The notes under the pieces: model-generated
Seen by the model: only the letters and a program-made list of their open reading frames with translations
Database searches by the model: none
What the model was told of the DNA's origin: nothing
Virus record (IMG/VR): IMGVR_UViG_3300045988_015629
From: a virus
Taxonomy: Duplodnaviria > Heunggongvirae > Uroviricota > Caudoviricetes
Reading direction: 5' to 3' (one strand)
Length of the DNA stretch: 42,847 bases
Shown here: one piece after another, positions 35,936 through 42,847 of the stretch
Layout: every line of letters begins with the position of its first letter
Numbering within the stretch: position 1 is the stretch's first letter
Made by a program: the position numbers and the translations under genes

Positions 35936-37066
35936 ATGGCCAGGAAGAAAATAACCGACGAACAGTTACAGGAAGAATTGAACGCCGGTATGAAGAATAT
36001 CGACATCGCCCGTAAATACGGCATCTCCGACCGCGTTATTCGTATCCGTAAAGCGAAGCTGGCTAAGAAAGGTGTAGGCCACGGGCGTGACGTTAGTTAC
36101 CTTGTACCGGACGGCTACAAGATTAAAGGAACGTCATCACTGGTGGATGAGTTTGGCAACACCAAGTTGCAATGGGTTAAGACCGACACCGATGCCGAAC
36201 GTCAGGTTGAATTGATGAAAGCCGTAATCGAAGGCATGAAGTCGGAGATTACACCAGTTGCACCTGTTAAAGCCGTTCGCGCCAAACGAGACGACAAGCT
36301 ACTCAACCTTTACACTGTGTCTGATTTCCATCTCGGTATGCTGGCCTGGGCTGACGAGAGCGGCGACGACTGGGACATGAAGATTGCGGAAGACCTGTTC
36401 TCCCGCTGGTTCGACGCAGCGTTCCAGAAAGCACCGGATGCCGGAACAGGAGTTATTAATCTGCTGGGCGACCTTGCGCATTTCGATAGTCTGGACGCCG
36501 TTACACCTGCCAGTGGTCATGTTCTTGACGCTGACACCCGCTATCAGAAACTTGTACGCTACATGATTCGTATGGTCCGCCGTGTCATTGATATGGCTCT
36601 CGTTAAACATAAAAATGTTCGCTTGCTTATCGTGCAAGGTAACCACGACGAAAGCGGAATGATTTGGTTAGCTGAGATGTTTAGTACGCTGTACGACAAT
36701 GAGCCGCGTGTGTTCGTCGATACGTCGCCGGATGTTTACAAGATGGTGCAACACGGCAAAACGACGCTGTTCTTCCATCATGGGCATAAAGCACGATTCG
36801 ACGCTATCGAACCGGTTATGATCGCCAAGTTCCGCAAAGCGTTCGGCGAGAGTGTTTACAGCTACGCCCACGTGGGTCACCTGCACCACCAAAAGATTGT
36901 AGAAAGCCGTAACATGATTGTTGAGCAACACCGCACTCTCGCGGCTAAAGATGCATATGCCTCCCGCGGTGGGTGGATGTCGGGCCGCAGTGCAAACGTA
37001 ATTACTTATAGCGCCGAATATGGCGAGGTCGCACGTTTAACTATTTCACCGGAGATGCTTGGATGA
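35936..37066 (+). CDS. calcineurin-like metallophosphoesterase with N-terminal HTH domain
   Basis: MPP motifs SDFHLG, LLGDLAHFD, VQGNHDE, FHHGHK, HVGHLHH; N-terminal 40 aa resemble a helix-turn-helix. Confidence 0.75.
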   Translation: MARKKITDEQLQEELNAGMKNIDIARKYGISDRVIRIRKAKLAKKGVGHGRDVSYLVPDGYKIKGTSSLVDEFGNTKLQWVKTDTDAERQVELMKAVIEGMKSEITPVAPVKAVRAKRDDKLLNLYTVSDFHLGMLAWADESGDDWDMKIAEDLFSRWFDAAFQKAPDAGTGVINLLGDLAHFDSLDAVTPASGHVLDADTRYQKLVRYMIRMVRRVIDMALVKHKNVRLLIVQGNHDESGMIWLAEMFSTLYDNEPRVFVDTSPDVYKMVQHGKTTLFFHHGHKARFDAIEPVMIAKFRKAFGESVYSYAHVGHLHHQKIVESRNMIVEQHRTLAAKDAYASRGGWMSGRSANVITYSAEYGEVARLTISPEMLG

Positions 37067-37548
37067 AAGATATTGTGATTTTCGATTTAGACGGGACATT
37101 GGCAGATGGTACTCATCGTTTACACCTGCTGCCGAAAGATAACTACGGCGAAACCTGGGCGTGGAAACCATTTAACATGGCGTGCAAAGACGATGCACCC
37201 ATTAAAGATAACATCGAACTGTGTAACGCCCTTAATCGTCGCTATGCCGTTATTATCTTAACAGGCCGTAGTGATGACGCGGAAAAAGAAACCAGAATGT
37301 GGTTGCAGCGCCACCGCGTCGAATTTTATCAGTTAATCATGCGCAGCAAACACGACAACAGAAAAGACATCGTAATTAAAGAAGAGGTGTTGCGTGCTAT
37401 TGGGCCGGAGAGAATCTTGTGTGCATTCGACGACTCTCCAGCGGTAATAAAGCATTTCCGCGAACTCGGCATAACCACTCACGCAGTTACTGAATACGAC
37501 TGTAACGGGAACTCTACACACTTAAAACCACATGGGAGTGATAAATAA
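37063..37548 (+). CDS. HAD-superfamily phosphatase
   Basis: Motif I FDLDGTL, motif II ILTGR, later K and FDDS acidic motifs. Confidence 0.75.
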   Translation: MKDIVIFDLDGTLADGTHRLHLLPKDNYGETWAWKPFNMACKDDAPIKDNIELCNALNRRYAVIILTGRSDDAEKETRMWLQRHRVEFYQLIMRSKHDNRKDIVIKEEVLRAIGPERILCAFDDSPAVIKHFRELGITTHAVTEYDCNGNSTHLKPHGSDK

Positions 37549-38102
37549 TGGCTAAGGTAATTATTCTTAATGGTCCTGCGGGCTGCGGGAAAGACACACT
37601 TGCTAGGGCGCTGGTAGAAATGGGCTTTGCGAAGGGTGTCGCCAGTTTCAAGAATCCGATGTTCAATATTGCTATGGCTGCGTTAGGCCAGGATGCTTAC
37701 CGCGAGTTTCTCGACGGCTACGACGACCGGGCGCGGAAAGAAAAGCCAGAGGGTTTCCTTAACGGGTTGTCTCGGCGTCAGTTCATGATTGCCATTTCCG
37801 AGCAATTCATTAAACCGGTGTTCGGTGATGATTATTTCGGTAAGTATCTTGCCGGAAACTTGCCCGACGGCGACGAAGTTTTTGTGGTGTCTGATGGCGG
37901 GTTCGCCAGCGAAGTAGCCCCTATCGTTGCCGCGGGGCATGATGTGAGAATCGTCCGCTTGCACAGAGACGGCCATACGTTTGAAGGGGACAGCCGCGGT
38001 TACCTGTACGATATTGATGGTGTAAAAGATTATGACACCTACATCATACCGGGTTACGTTAAATCGAACGCTATAGGCATTGCTTTAAGATTAGGTTTGT
38101 AA
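37548..38102 (+). CDS. P-loop nucleotide/polynucleotide kinase (dNMP-kinase-like)
   Basis: N-terminal Walker A VIILNGPAGCGKDT; the GKDT variant is reminiscent of phage dNMP kinases. Confidence 0.7.
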   Translation: MAKVIILNGPAGCGKDTLARALVEMGFAKGVASFKNPMFNIAMAALGQDAYREFLDGYDDRARKEKPEGFLNGLSRRQFMIAISEQFIKPVFGDDYFGKYLAGNLPDGDEVFVVSDGGFASEVAPIVAAGHDVRIVRLHRDGHTFEGDSRGYLYDIDGVKDYDTYIIPGYVKSNAIGIALRLGL

Positions 38103-38133
38103 GAAAAAGGCCCCAAACGGGGCCTTAGTTTTA
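38103..38133. terminator. bidirectional rho-independent terminator at the island/major-tail convergence
   Basis: GGCCCCAAACGGGGCC hairpin flanked by AAGAAAAA and TTAGTTTTA; same stem as the 25576-25608 terminator. Confidence 0.75.
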
Positions 38134-39303
38134 TGCGTATGTGATACGCTGAATAACAATAGACGACTGGTACTGGTTGCCAGTAGCCTGGCCTTCAATA
38201 GACTGAGTGATTGACTCAGGTCCTCCAATCTCAGGTGTAACCGCCGTAAGTTCTGCACGTTTCAAACTGAAAGACATAGCCCCATTTACCCCAGCCAGAA
38301 TAGAGTTAATCTCCACCTGCTGCTCGTTGATAAACTTCTGAATCATCGCCATGTCGTACAGCTTACCGGAGATGGAGAAGGTGTTAGCTGCTCGGCTACG
38401 CTCCACAAACGCTACGTTAGTGTTGCCGAGTTCGAACTGTGCGGACGCGCTGTTGTCGTTGGTGATGGTCAGGCTGTCGCAACGCAACGGCGTAGAACCG
38501 TCGAACACAGAAACATCGACCGAGGAGAATGGCTCGTCACCAAACGTAACAGAGGAGAAATCAGAACCAGACGGCTGCGTGGTGAGAATCTCCTGACTGC
38601 GACCGATGAACGGGAAGCTGCCAGTTACCATAGCGTTAACAGCCTGTTCGATGGTAAAACCAGAAACTTCCACGCCTTTGGTTAGTGTGTACGCGTCAGT
38701 CCCGCCGCACTGGCCTTTGTACCAGGTGAGAATAGAGAACGTCTTGCACTGGCTTCCCGTTTCCAGTTTATCCCCTGTCTTAGCGGCGGTAGTTACTGTC
38801 TCTGTGGTCAGGGTATGCTGGATACCCGCCCCGGTCACTACCAGCGCCTCTACTGCAGTTACGATAAACGGTTTTGCGTTGTCACCGGTTAAGTCGGTAA
38901 ACGCAATCAGGTCGCCCACTTCAACGCCGTCAGAAATAAAGCTACCTTCGGCACGGGTAAAGGTCTTGCCTGCAGGCGCGACGGTAATTGATAGCCTGGT
39001 CAGAGAACTACCGGATTGCCATGTAGAGCCTAAAGCACCCGCCAGCCAGTCGTCCTGGCTTTTCGAGCTAAGCTCAATAGCGTATTCTCCGCTAACCTGC
39101 TTGTTACCGGTGCGGATTGACGTAGTTTCACGGCTGCCGTCCAGTTCGTTGGAGGTCAGCGTGTCGCGGGTAATGGCAGGAACGCCACCTGTGTTACGCA
39201 ATGGCGACCAGACCGGGTTAGTCGGTGTTACGCCAGGGGTAGTTTCTGCCACATAGAATTGCGCAGTATTCGCGCCCTTAAAAGGAGTTGTAGCCATATT
39301 CAC
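38131..39303 (-). CDS. major tail (tube) protein, putative
   Basis: 390-aa protein at the end of the head-tail joining cluster and upstream of the chaperones. Confidence 0.5.
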   Translation of the reverse strand: MNMATTPFKGANTAQFYVAETTPGVTPTNPVWSPLRNTGGVPAITRDTLTSNELDGSRETTSIRTGNKQVSGEYAIELSSKSQDDWLAGALGSTWQSGSSLTRLSITVAPAGKTFTRAEGSFISDGVEVGDLIAFTDLTGDNAKPFIVTAVEALVVTGAGIQHTLTTETVTTAAKTGDKLETGSQCKTFSILTWYKGQCGGTDAYTLTKGVEVSGFTIEQAVNAMVTGSFPFIGRSQEILTTQPSGSDFSSVTFGDEPFSSVDVSVFDGSTPLRCDSLTITNDNSASAQFELGNTNVAFVERSRAANTFSISGKLYDMAMIQKFINEQQVEINSILAGVNGAMSFSLKRAELTAVTPEIGGPESITQSIEGQATGNQYQSSIVIQRITYA

Positions 39304-39716
39304 AGCCTCTTGGTGAATGCAATAAAGTTAATTGACAATGGTCGTTTGGCCCATCCGTTTTCTACAATCAGCGGCCCCAGGCTAACCGATTGAACCTCGG
39401 CGCAGATGTCGTTACGAGAAAATGACTTACCTGCTTTGAATGCCGTGTTAAGTAAGTCTGCCATTTTATTGATTGGCGCGCTACCTTTCACCGATGCGTA
39501 GTTAATGTCGACCTGATAAACACCCGCGCGTTGTTCCGTGAAGAACAAATCTGCTTGCTCGGTATCCGCCAGTAACATGTAACTTGCCAGATATGGCGTA
39601 TCGGTTGACGTCGGCGCGTCGATGTTTTCAAGCGCGACCTTGATGCCGTTGGCGGTTCCGAAGGCTACCAGCGGAACATCGAACGCTTTTGTTAAGTCCT
39701 CAAAGTAGCCCATCAT
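39300..39716 (-). CDS. tail completion / tail terminator-like protein, putative
   Basis: Position immediately upstream of the major tail protein. Confidence 0.4.
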   Translation of the reverse strand: MMGYFEDLTKAFDVPLVAFGTANGIKVALENIDAPTSTDTPYLASYMLLADTEQADLFFTEQRAGVYQVDINYASVKGSAPINKMADLLNTAFKAGKSFSRNDICAEVQSVSLGPLIVENGWAKRPLSINFIAFTKRL

Positions 39717-40108
39717 TTCACCTTGTTGGCTTCTTCGTTAATGAGTTGCTGGAAGCGAGACACATTAGTCCTGACAACCCCGGCTGGCGCCTGTTGCGAC
39801 CAACCATACTCCAGCCGTTGCGCATACGGCAGATTATTTGTCAGCGTGAACTCATGCCAGTCAGCGGCTTTCAGCACGAAACTCGTAGCGTTTCCGGTTG
39901 CTGTGTTTCCTGATTTATCCGTAGCGTCCGTAATCCCGGAAGCAGGAGTACCGCCAGATGCCATCCAGTTCATACGAAAGCGGCCCGTGTCTACCGGACT
40001 CGCCTTTATAATAGCGGAAAACAGCTTGATAGACACCTGACGCATCACCTTCTCAGGGTTCTTCTTCGCCTTTTCCACGAACTTAGAGACATCGAGCGCG
40101 AAACTCAT
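39713..40108 (-). CDS. HK97 gp10-like head-tail joining protein, putative
   Basis: SPVDTGRFRMNW resembles the conserved VDTGxLRxSW motif of that family. Confidence 0.5.
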   Translation of the reverse strand: MSFALDVSKFVEKAKKNPEKVMRQVSIKLFSAIIKASPVDTGRFRMNWMASGGTPASGITDATDKSGNTATGNATSFVLKAADWHEFTLTNNLPYAQRLEYGWSQQAPAGVVRTNVSRFQQLINEEANKVK

Positions 40109-40464
40109 TTTCTCACCTGAATAAAGTACGCCACGACGTCATCGTTAACCATCTTCTTCTCAATAGCTACGATGGACCATTGCTCGCCGCCGAATTGCAC
40201 CTTGTCTTCCATCTTCGGAACGACGCTGTAATCGGCTTTAACAATCATGTCGCCAGCCTGAATCGTCGTACCGTTTACCAGTCCCGCGTTTACCGGAACC
40301 GGAACGGCCTTCAACGGCAACACTTCATCCGCAGACCAGACGTACTCACCGAGAACTTCATCCCATACTTTTGAACCAGCGCGAATCAGAGATACCGTGC
40401 TACCGAATTTGGTTAGCAGGCGCGTACCCACGCCTTGCATACGTTTACTGAAAGCGGTGCTCAT
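40105..40464 (-). CDS. head-tail connector/adaptor protein, putative
   Basis: Start moved to the ATG at 40464 with AAGAGG RBS (track ORF begins further upstream). Confidence 0.4.
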   Translation of the reverse strand: MSTAFSKRMQGVGTRLLTKFGSTVSLIRAGSKVWDEVLGEYVWSADEVLPLKAVPVPVNAGLVNGTTIQAGDMIVKADYSVVPKMEDKVQFGGEQWSIVAIEKKMVNDDVVAYFIQVRK

Positions 40465-40558
40465 TTTAGCACCTCTTGCAGCGTCAAAAGAACACCGTAA
40501 CTGTGCAAGACTACCGCGGTAAGAAAACCAAAAACTACACCACATGTGAACTTATTCA

Positions 40559-41173
40559 TCAAGCGGCCTCCAGTCTCGAAATAACCAGTAGCGCGGACGG
40601 TGCTGTGCCCCATGCTGTTACGGTAGCGGCTTGTGGGTACACGCCGCCGAAGTTGCTTCCGGCACCATCCCGCATAATCTGAACGGCAAACGTCTGGCCT
40701 GCTGCGGTGTTAATAACGACGCGGGATTCAATCGGGATGGTCACGTCCGCGCTTACCAGCTTAGTTGCTGCGGGAGAGCCGTACTGAGCACCGTTTACTA
40801 AAATACGTGATAGCAGGATTGATGTCCCACTAGCGCCAGTACGCCCCGCCTGTAACTTGATGCGAACGGCGTAGTTACCCGCGGTGTTGAATGTAACAAG
40901 CCCTGCGGCATTAATCATTACCGGGTTAGACGCGCCTCCCTGCGCTGCACCGAAGGTTAGTTGCAACGCCGTGTCAACCGCAGACGGGGCCTGAACGGCG
41001 GTAGACGCAGCCCGTAGCACCTCAACCTCTTTCACCCCCGGAGTGGTGTAAATAGGCGAGTCGTCCATCTGCGTAAGTACGCCACGCAATTTAGCTGGTG
41101 TAATTTGCCCGGTCGTGTTGTCAGGTAGCTCGGACCCGATTAGCGTAAATATCTCTGTTTTAGTCTTCGCCAT
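40559..41173 (-). CDS. hypothetical structural protein (204 aa)
   Basis: G/A/T-rich protein within the head-tail gene block. Confidence 0.4.
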   Translation of the reverse strand: MAKTKTEIFTLIGSELPDNTTGQITPAKLRGVLTQMDDSPIYTTPGVKEVEVLRAASTAVQAPSAVDTALQLTFGAAQGGASNPVMINAAGLVTFNTAGNYAVRIKLQAGRTGASGTSILLSRILVNGAQYGSPAATKLVSADVTIPIESRVVINTAAGQTFAVQIMRDGAGSNFGGVYPQAATVTAWGTAPSALLVISRLEAA

Positions 41174-41175
41174 TT

Positions 41176-41688
41176 TTAACCCCGGTACACATTAAATGAG
41201 AAGCCGTTGTTAAGACCGCCACACAGTAACGGGCGTAAAGCGTCGTCCGCAGCGGTAATAGCAGTTGTAGCCCCGCTGTTGCCGTTGTTGAAGTAGGTCA
41301 CTGTCACCGCACCCTCGACACGCTCAGTCTGCACGGAACGCCCGTCTGAGTTAGCCCGAACATCAGTACCCGCACCATACGTAACCGCAGCGATTACTTG
41401 TGCCCGGATTAACTGCGACGGGATAACATTATCCGCTACGGTGAAGCCGTTTAGTGTTGTTCCTGTACGTGGGTACGCCAGAGACTGTTCAGCGGATACA
41501 CGGCGGCCGCACATCTGCGTTTCGGCGAGCCCGACATAAGTAGCACCATTGCGCAGAGCTACTTCGGCGTCAGTGTCGTCGGCAGGTAACTCAAGACCGT
41601 AATTAGCCGCTAACGCGCGGGCGTCAGCCAGTGAGATGTACGAATCGGCCCCTTCTATAATTTGACCTGTTTCTACGGTTAAGGACAC
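41176..41688 (-). CDS. head-tail adaptor-like structural protein, putative
   Basis: Position downstream of the HNH gene. Confidence 0.4.
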   Translation of the reverse strand: MSLTVETGQIIEGADSYISLADARALAANYGLELPADDTDAEVALRNGATYVGLAETQMCGRRVSAEQSLAYPRTGTTLNGFTVADNVIPSQLIRAQVIAAVTYGAGTDVRANSDGRSVQTERVEGAVTVTYFNNGNSGATTAITAADDALRPLLCGGLNNGFSFNVYRG

Positions 41689-41691
41689 TTT

Positions 41692-42441
41692 TCACCCCTT
41701 CTTACAGTTATCAAAGTGCCACCTCTTTAGAAGAGATAGCGCCCCTTCGGTTCCGCAATGTGGGCATACCCCGCGCGGGCGTTTCATTCCAGTAAGTTTA
41801 TCTGAAATTTTCTTGACAGTCTCGCCCTTTAACGTATGGCCCTTCTTAAAACTTCCGGAGTTAGGTTTTCTATTAACCTTGCCAACGATTCTATTTGGGT
41901 CCGCGAACTGGCATTTCTTGCAGCAATATTTACGCGCTCGTGATTTAAAACGGTAGGGGATCGGCTGGTCGCATGTTACACATCGTTGTGGGTTTGCCAT
42001 GTAATGCTCTATTCTGGCTTTTCTACTTGCAGTTTCCCCGGTAGCAATTCCTTTATTCCACGCCTTTTGCCCTAGATGTGCTTGTCTGAGATTTTCTATA
42101 CGTTTATCAGAAAATTTAACACCAGTATTCAACCTGGACATCTCTATAGCCCAAGCCTCTTTCGCCAACTTAAAGGAATGTGAGGTAACTTTTGACCTTT
42201 GATTGTTTTTAGGGTTAATACACATAACCCTCCAGGCGAAAGCTAGTTCTTTAGTCCCGTGTATCTTATAGAGAAGCCAATGCGCAATAAAATGCTGTCT
42301 AGCGCTCAAAGATACAATATTGTCAAAAGTATCTCCACCACCCATGCATTTCGGGACTATGTGATGTTTTTCGGTATACCCACTAAACGGATTGATTTTT
42401 GCGTTCGATATTAACTGTTCATAGATTTTGGCGTAGTTCAT
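41692..42441 (-). mobile_element. HNH homing endonuclease (free-standing)
   Basis: HHIVPKCMGGGDTFDNIVSLSARQHFIAHW is a canonical HNH motif; C-terminal CxxC pairs; gene is visibly AT-richer than its flanks; TGGTATAAT-like extended -10 upstream. Confidence 0.85.
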
Positions 42442-42496
42442 GATTCACCCTTTTCAATGGAGGATGGATTCATTATACCAACTACGCCAGATATTA

Positions 42497-42676
42497 CTAT
42501 TCCTCAGACTTACGGCGACGACGCTTAGTGCCACCGCCGTTGTTGTGCGCTTCTTCGTTGTCCGGTTGGGTCGCAACCAGCTCATCCGCCTCTACAACAC
42601 CGCGCACGGGTATCACCTGACCATCAACCATATCAACGTGGGTGTACTTTTCGCGGATTACATAATTATCTGCCAT
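42497..42676 (-). CDS. hypothetical small protein (59 aa, just below the track threshold)
   Basis: Hand-translated MADNYVIREKYTHVDMVDGQ...KRRRRKSEE with AAGGAAAGG RBS. Confidence 0.4.
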   Translation of the reverse strand: MADNYVIREKYTHVDMVDGQVIPVRGVVEADELVATQPDNEEAHNNGGGTKRRRRKSEE

Positions 42677-42712
42677 GACCTTTCCTTATTACGGCCCCGA
42701 AGGGACGCGGTA

Positions 42713-42847
42713 TTAAGATACAATTGCTCCGGTGCTGCTGGAGATAATATTACCGTATACATCGTGGACAACCACTTTATACGTACCGGAATCGGTAGTA
42801 GCGAGCGAAGTTTTCTCGTAGGTGGCGGCGGTAGCGCCTGGGATAGC
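42713..42847 (-). CDS. Ig-like domain virion protein, C-terminal part of the junction-spanning gene (see 1..271)
   Basis: Frame continuous with 1..271 across the terminal overlap; stop codon at 42713-42715. Confidence 0.6.
   Translation of the reverse strand, partial: AIPGATAATYEKTSLATTDSGTYKVVVHDVYGNIISSSTGAIVS
42793..42847. repeat. 55-bp exact terminal direct repeat (identical to 1-55)
   Basis: Direct comparison of the first and last 55 nt. Confidence 0.95.

Noticed and set aside
38606-39256. 216-aa plus-strand ORF antisense to the major tail protein gene
   Set aside because: Antisense to a structural gene in an operon; no motif or RBS.
1-42847. Lysogeny module (integrase, excisionase, attachment site) implied by the XRE-family regulator
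   Set aside because: No tyrosine or serine recombinase-like ORF is present; the XRE and HTH proteins are more simply temporal regulators of a lytic phage.
1-42847. CRISPR array, retron or reverse transcriptase
   Set aside because: No regularly spaced direct repeats with unique spacers and no ORF with reverse-transcriptase-like motifs were seen; the only tandem repeats are the 24-bp duplication and the short repeats at 13823-13880.

Overview
This window looks like a complete tailed dsDNA phage genome of about 42.8 kb. The first 55 bp (1-55) are exactly repeated at 42793-42847, which suggests a circularly closed assembly with the junction falling inside a gene. All calls come from reading the sequence and the supplied ORF translations; no database search was run, and hand-mapped motif coordinates may be off by 1-2 bp. 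Layout: (i) minus-strand late module 8.2 kb down to 0.3 kb and wrapping through the junction to 38.1 kb: small and large terminase, portal, Mu-F-like head morphogenesis protein, Ig-like protein, overlapping spanin pair, scaffold, major capsid, a second Ig-like protein across the junction, HNH endonuclease, head-tail joining proteins and major tail protein. (ii) minus-strand tail module 35.5-25.6 kb: chaperones, tape measure, lambda M/L/K/J-like tail tip proteins and a 984-aa tailspike with a C-terminal intramolecular chaperone domain. (iii) minus-strand early small genes plus holin/endolysin at 8.3-13.7 kb. (iv) plus-strand replication module at 14.2-25.6 kb: HTH protein, primase-helicase, divergent XRE regulator, PD-(D/E)XK exonuclease, SSB-like protein, family A DNA polymerase, VRR-NUC, compact C5 methyltransferase, SNF2 helicase. 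(v) a plus-strand accessory island inside the tail module at 35.7-38.1 kb: membrane protein, HTH-metallophosphoesterase, HAD phosphatase, P-loop kinase. No integrase, tRNA, CRISPR array or reverse transcriptase was seen. The most unusual signals are non-coding: two paralogous ~90-bp promoter-plus-leader elements with a 38-nt identical core, and a recurrent GAATAG-N4-CTATTA dyad embedded in conserved promoters. Size and gene order are reminiscent of Jersey/K1G-like siphophages, but that is unverified.
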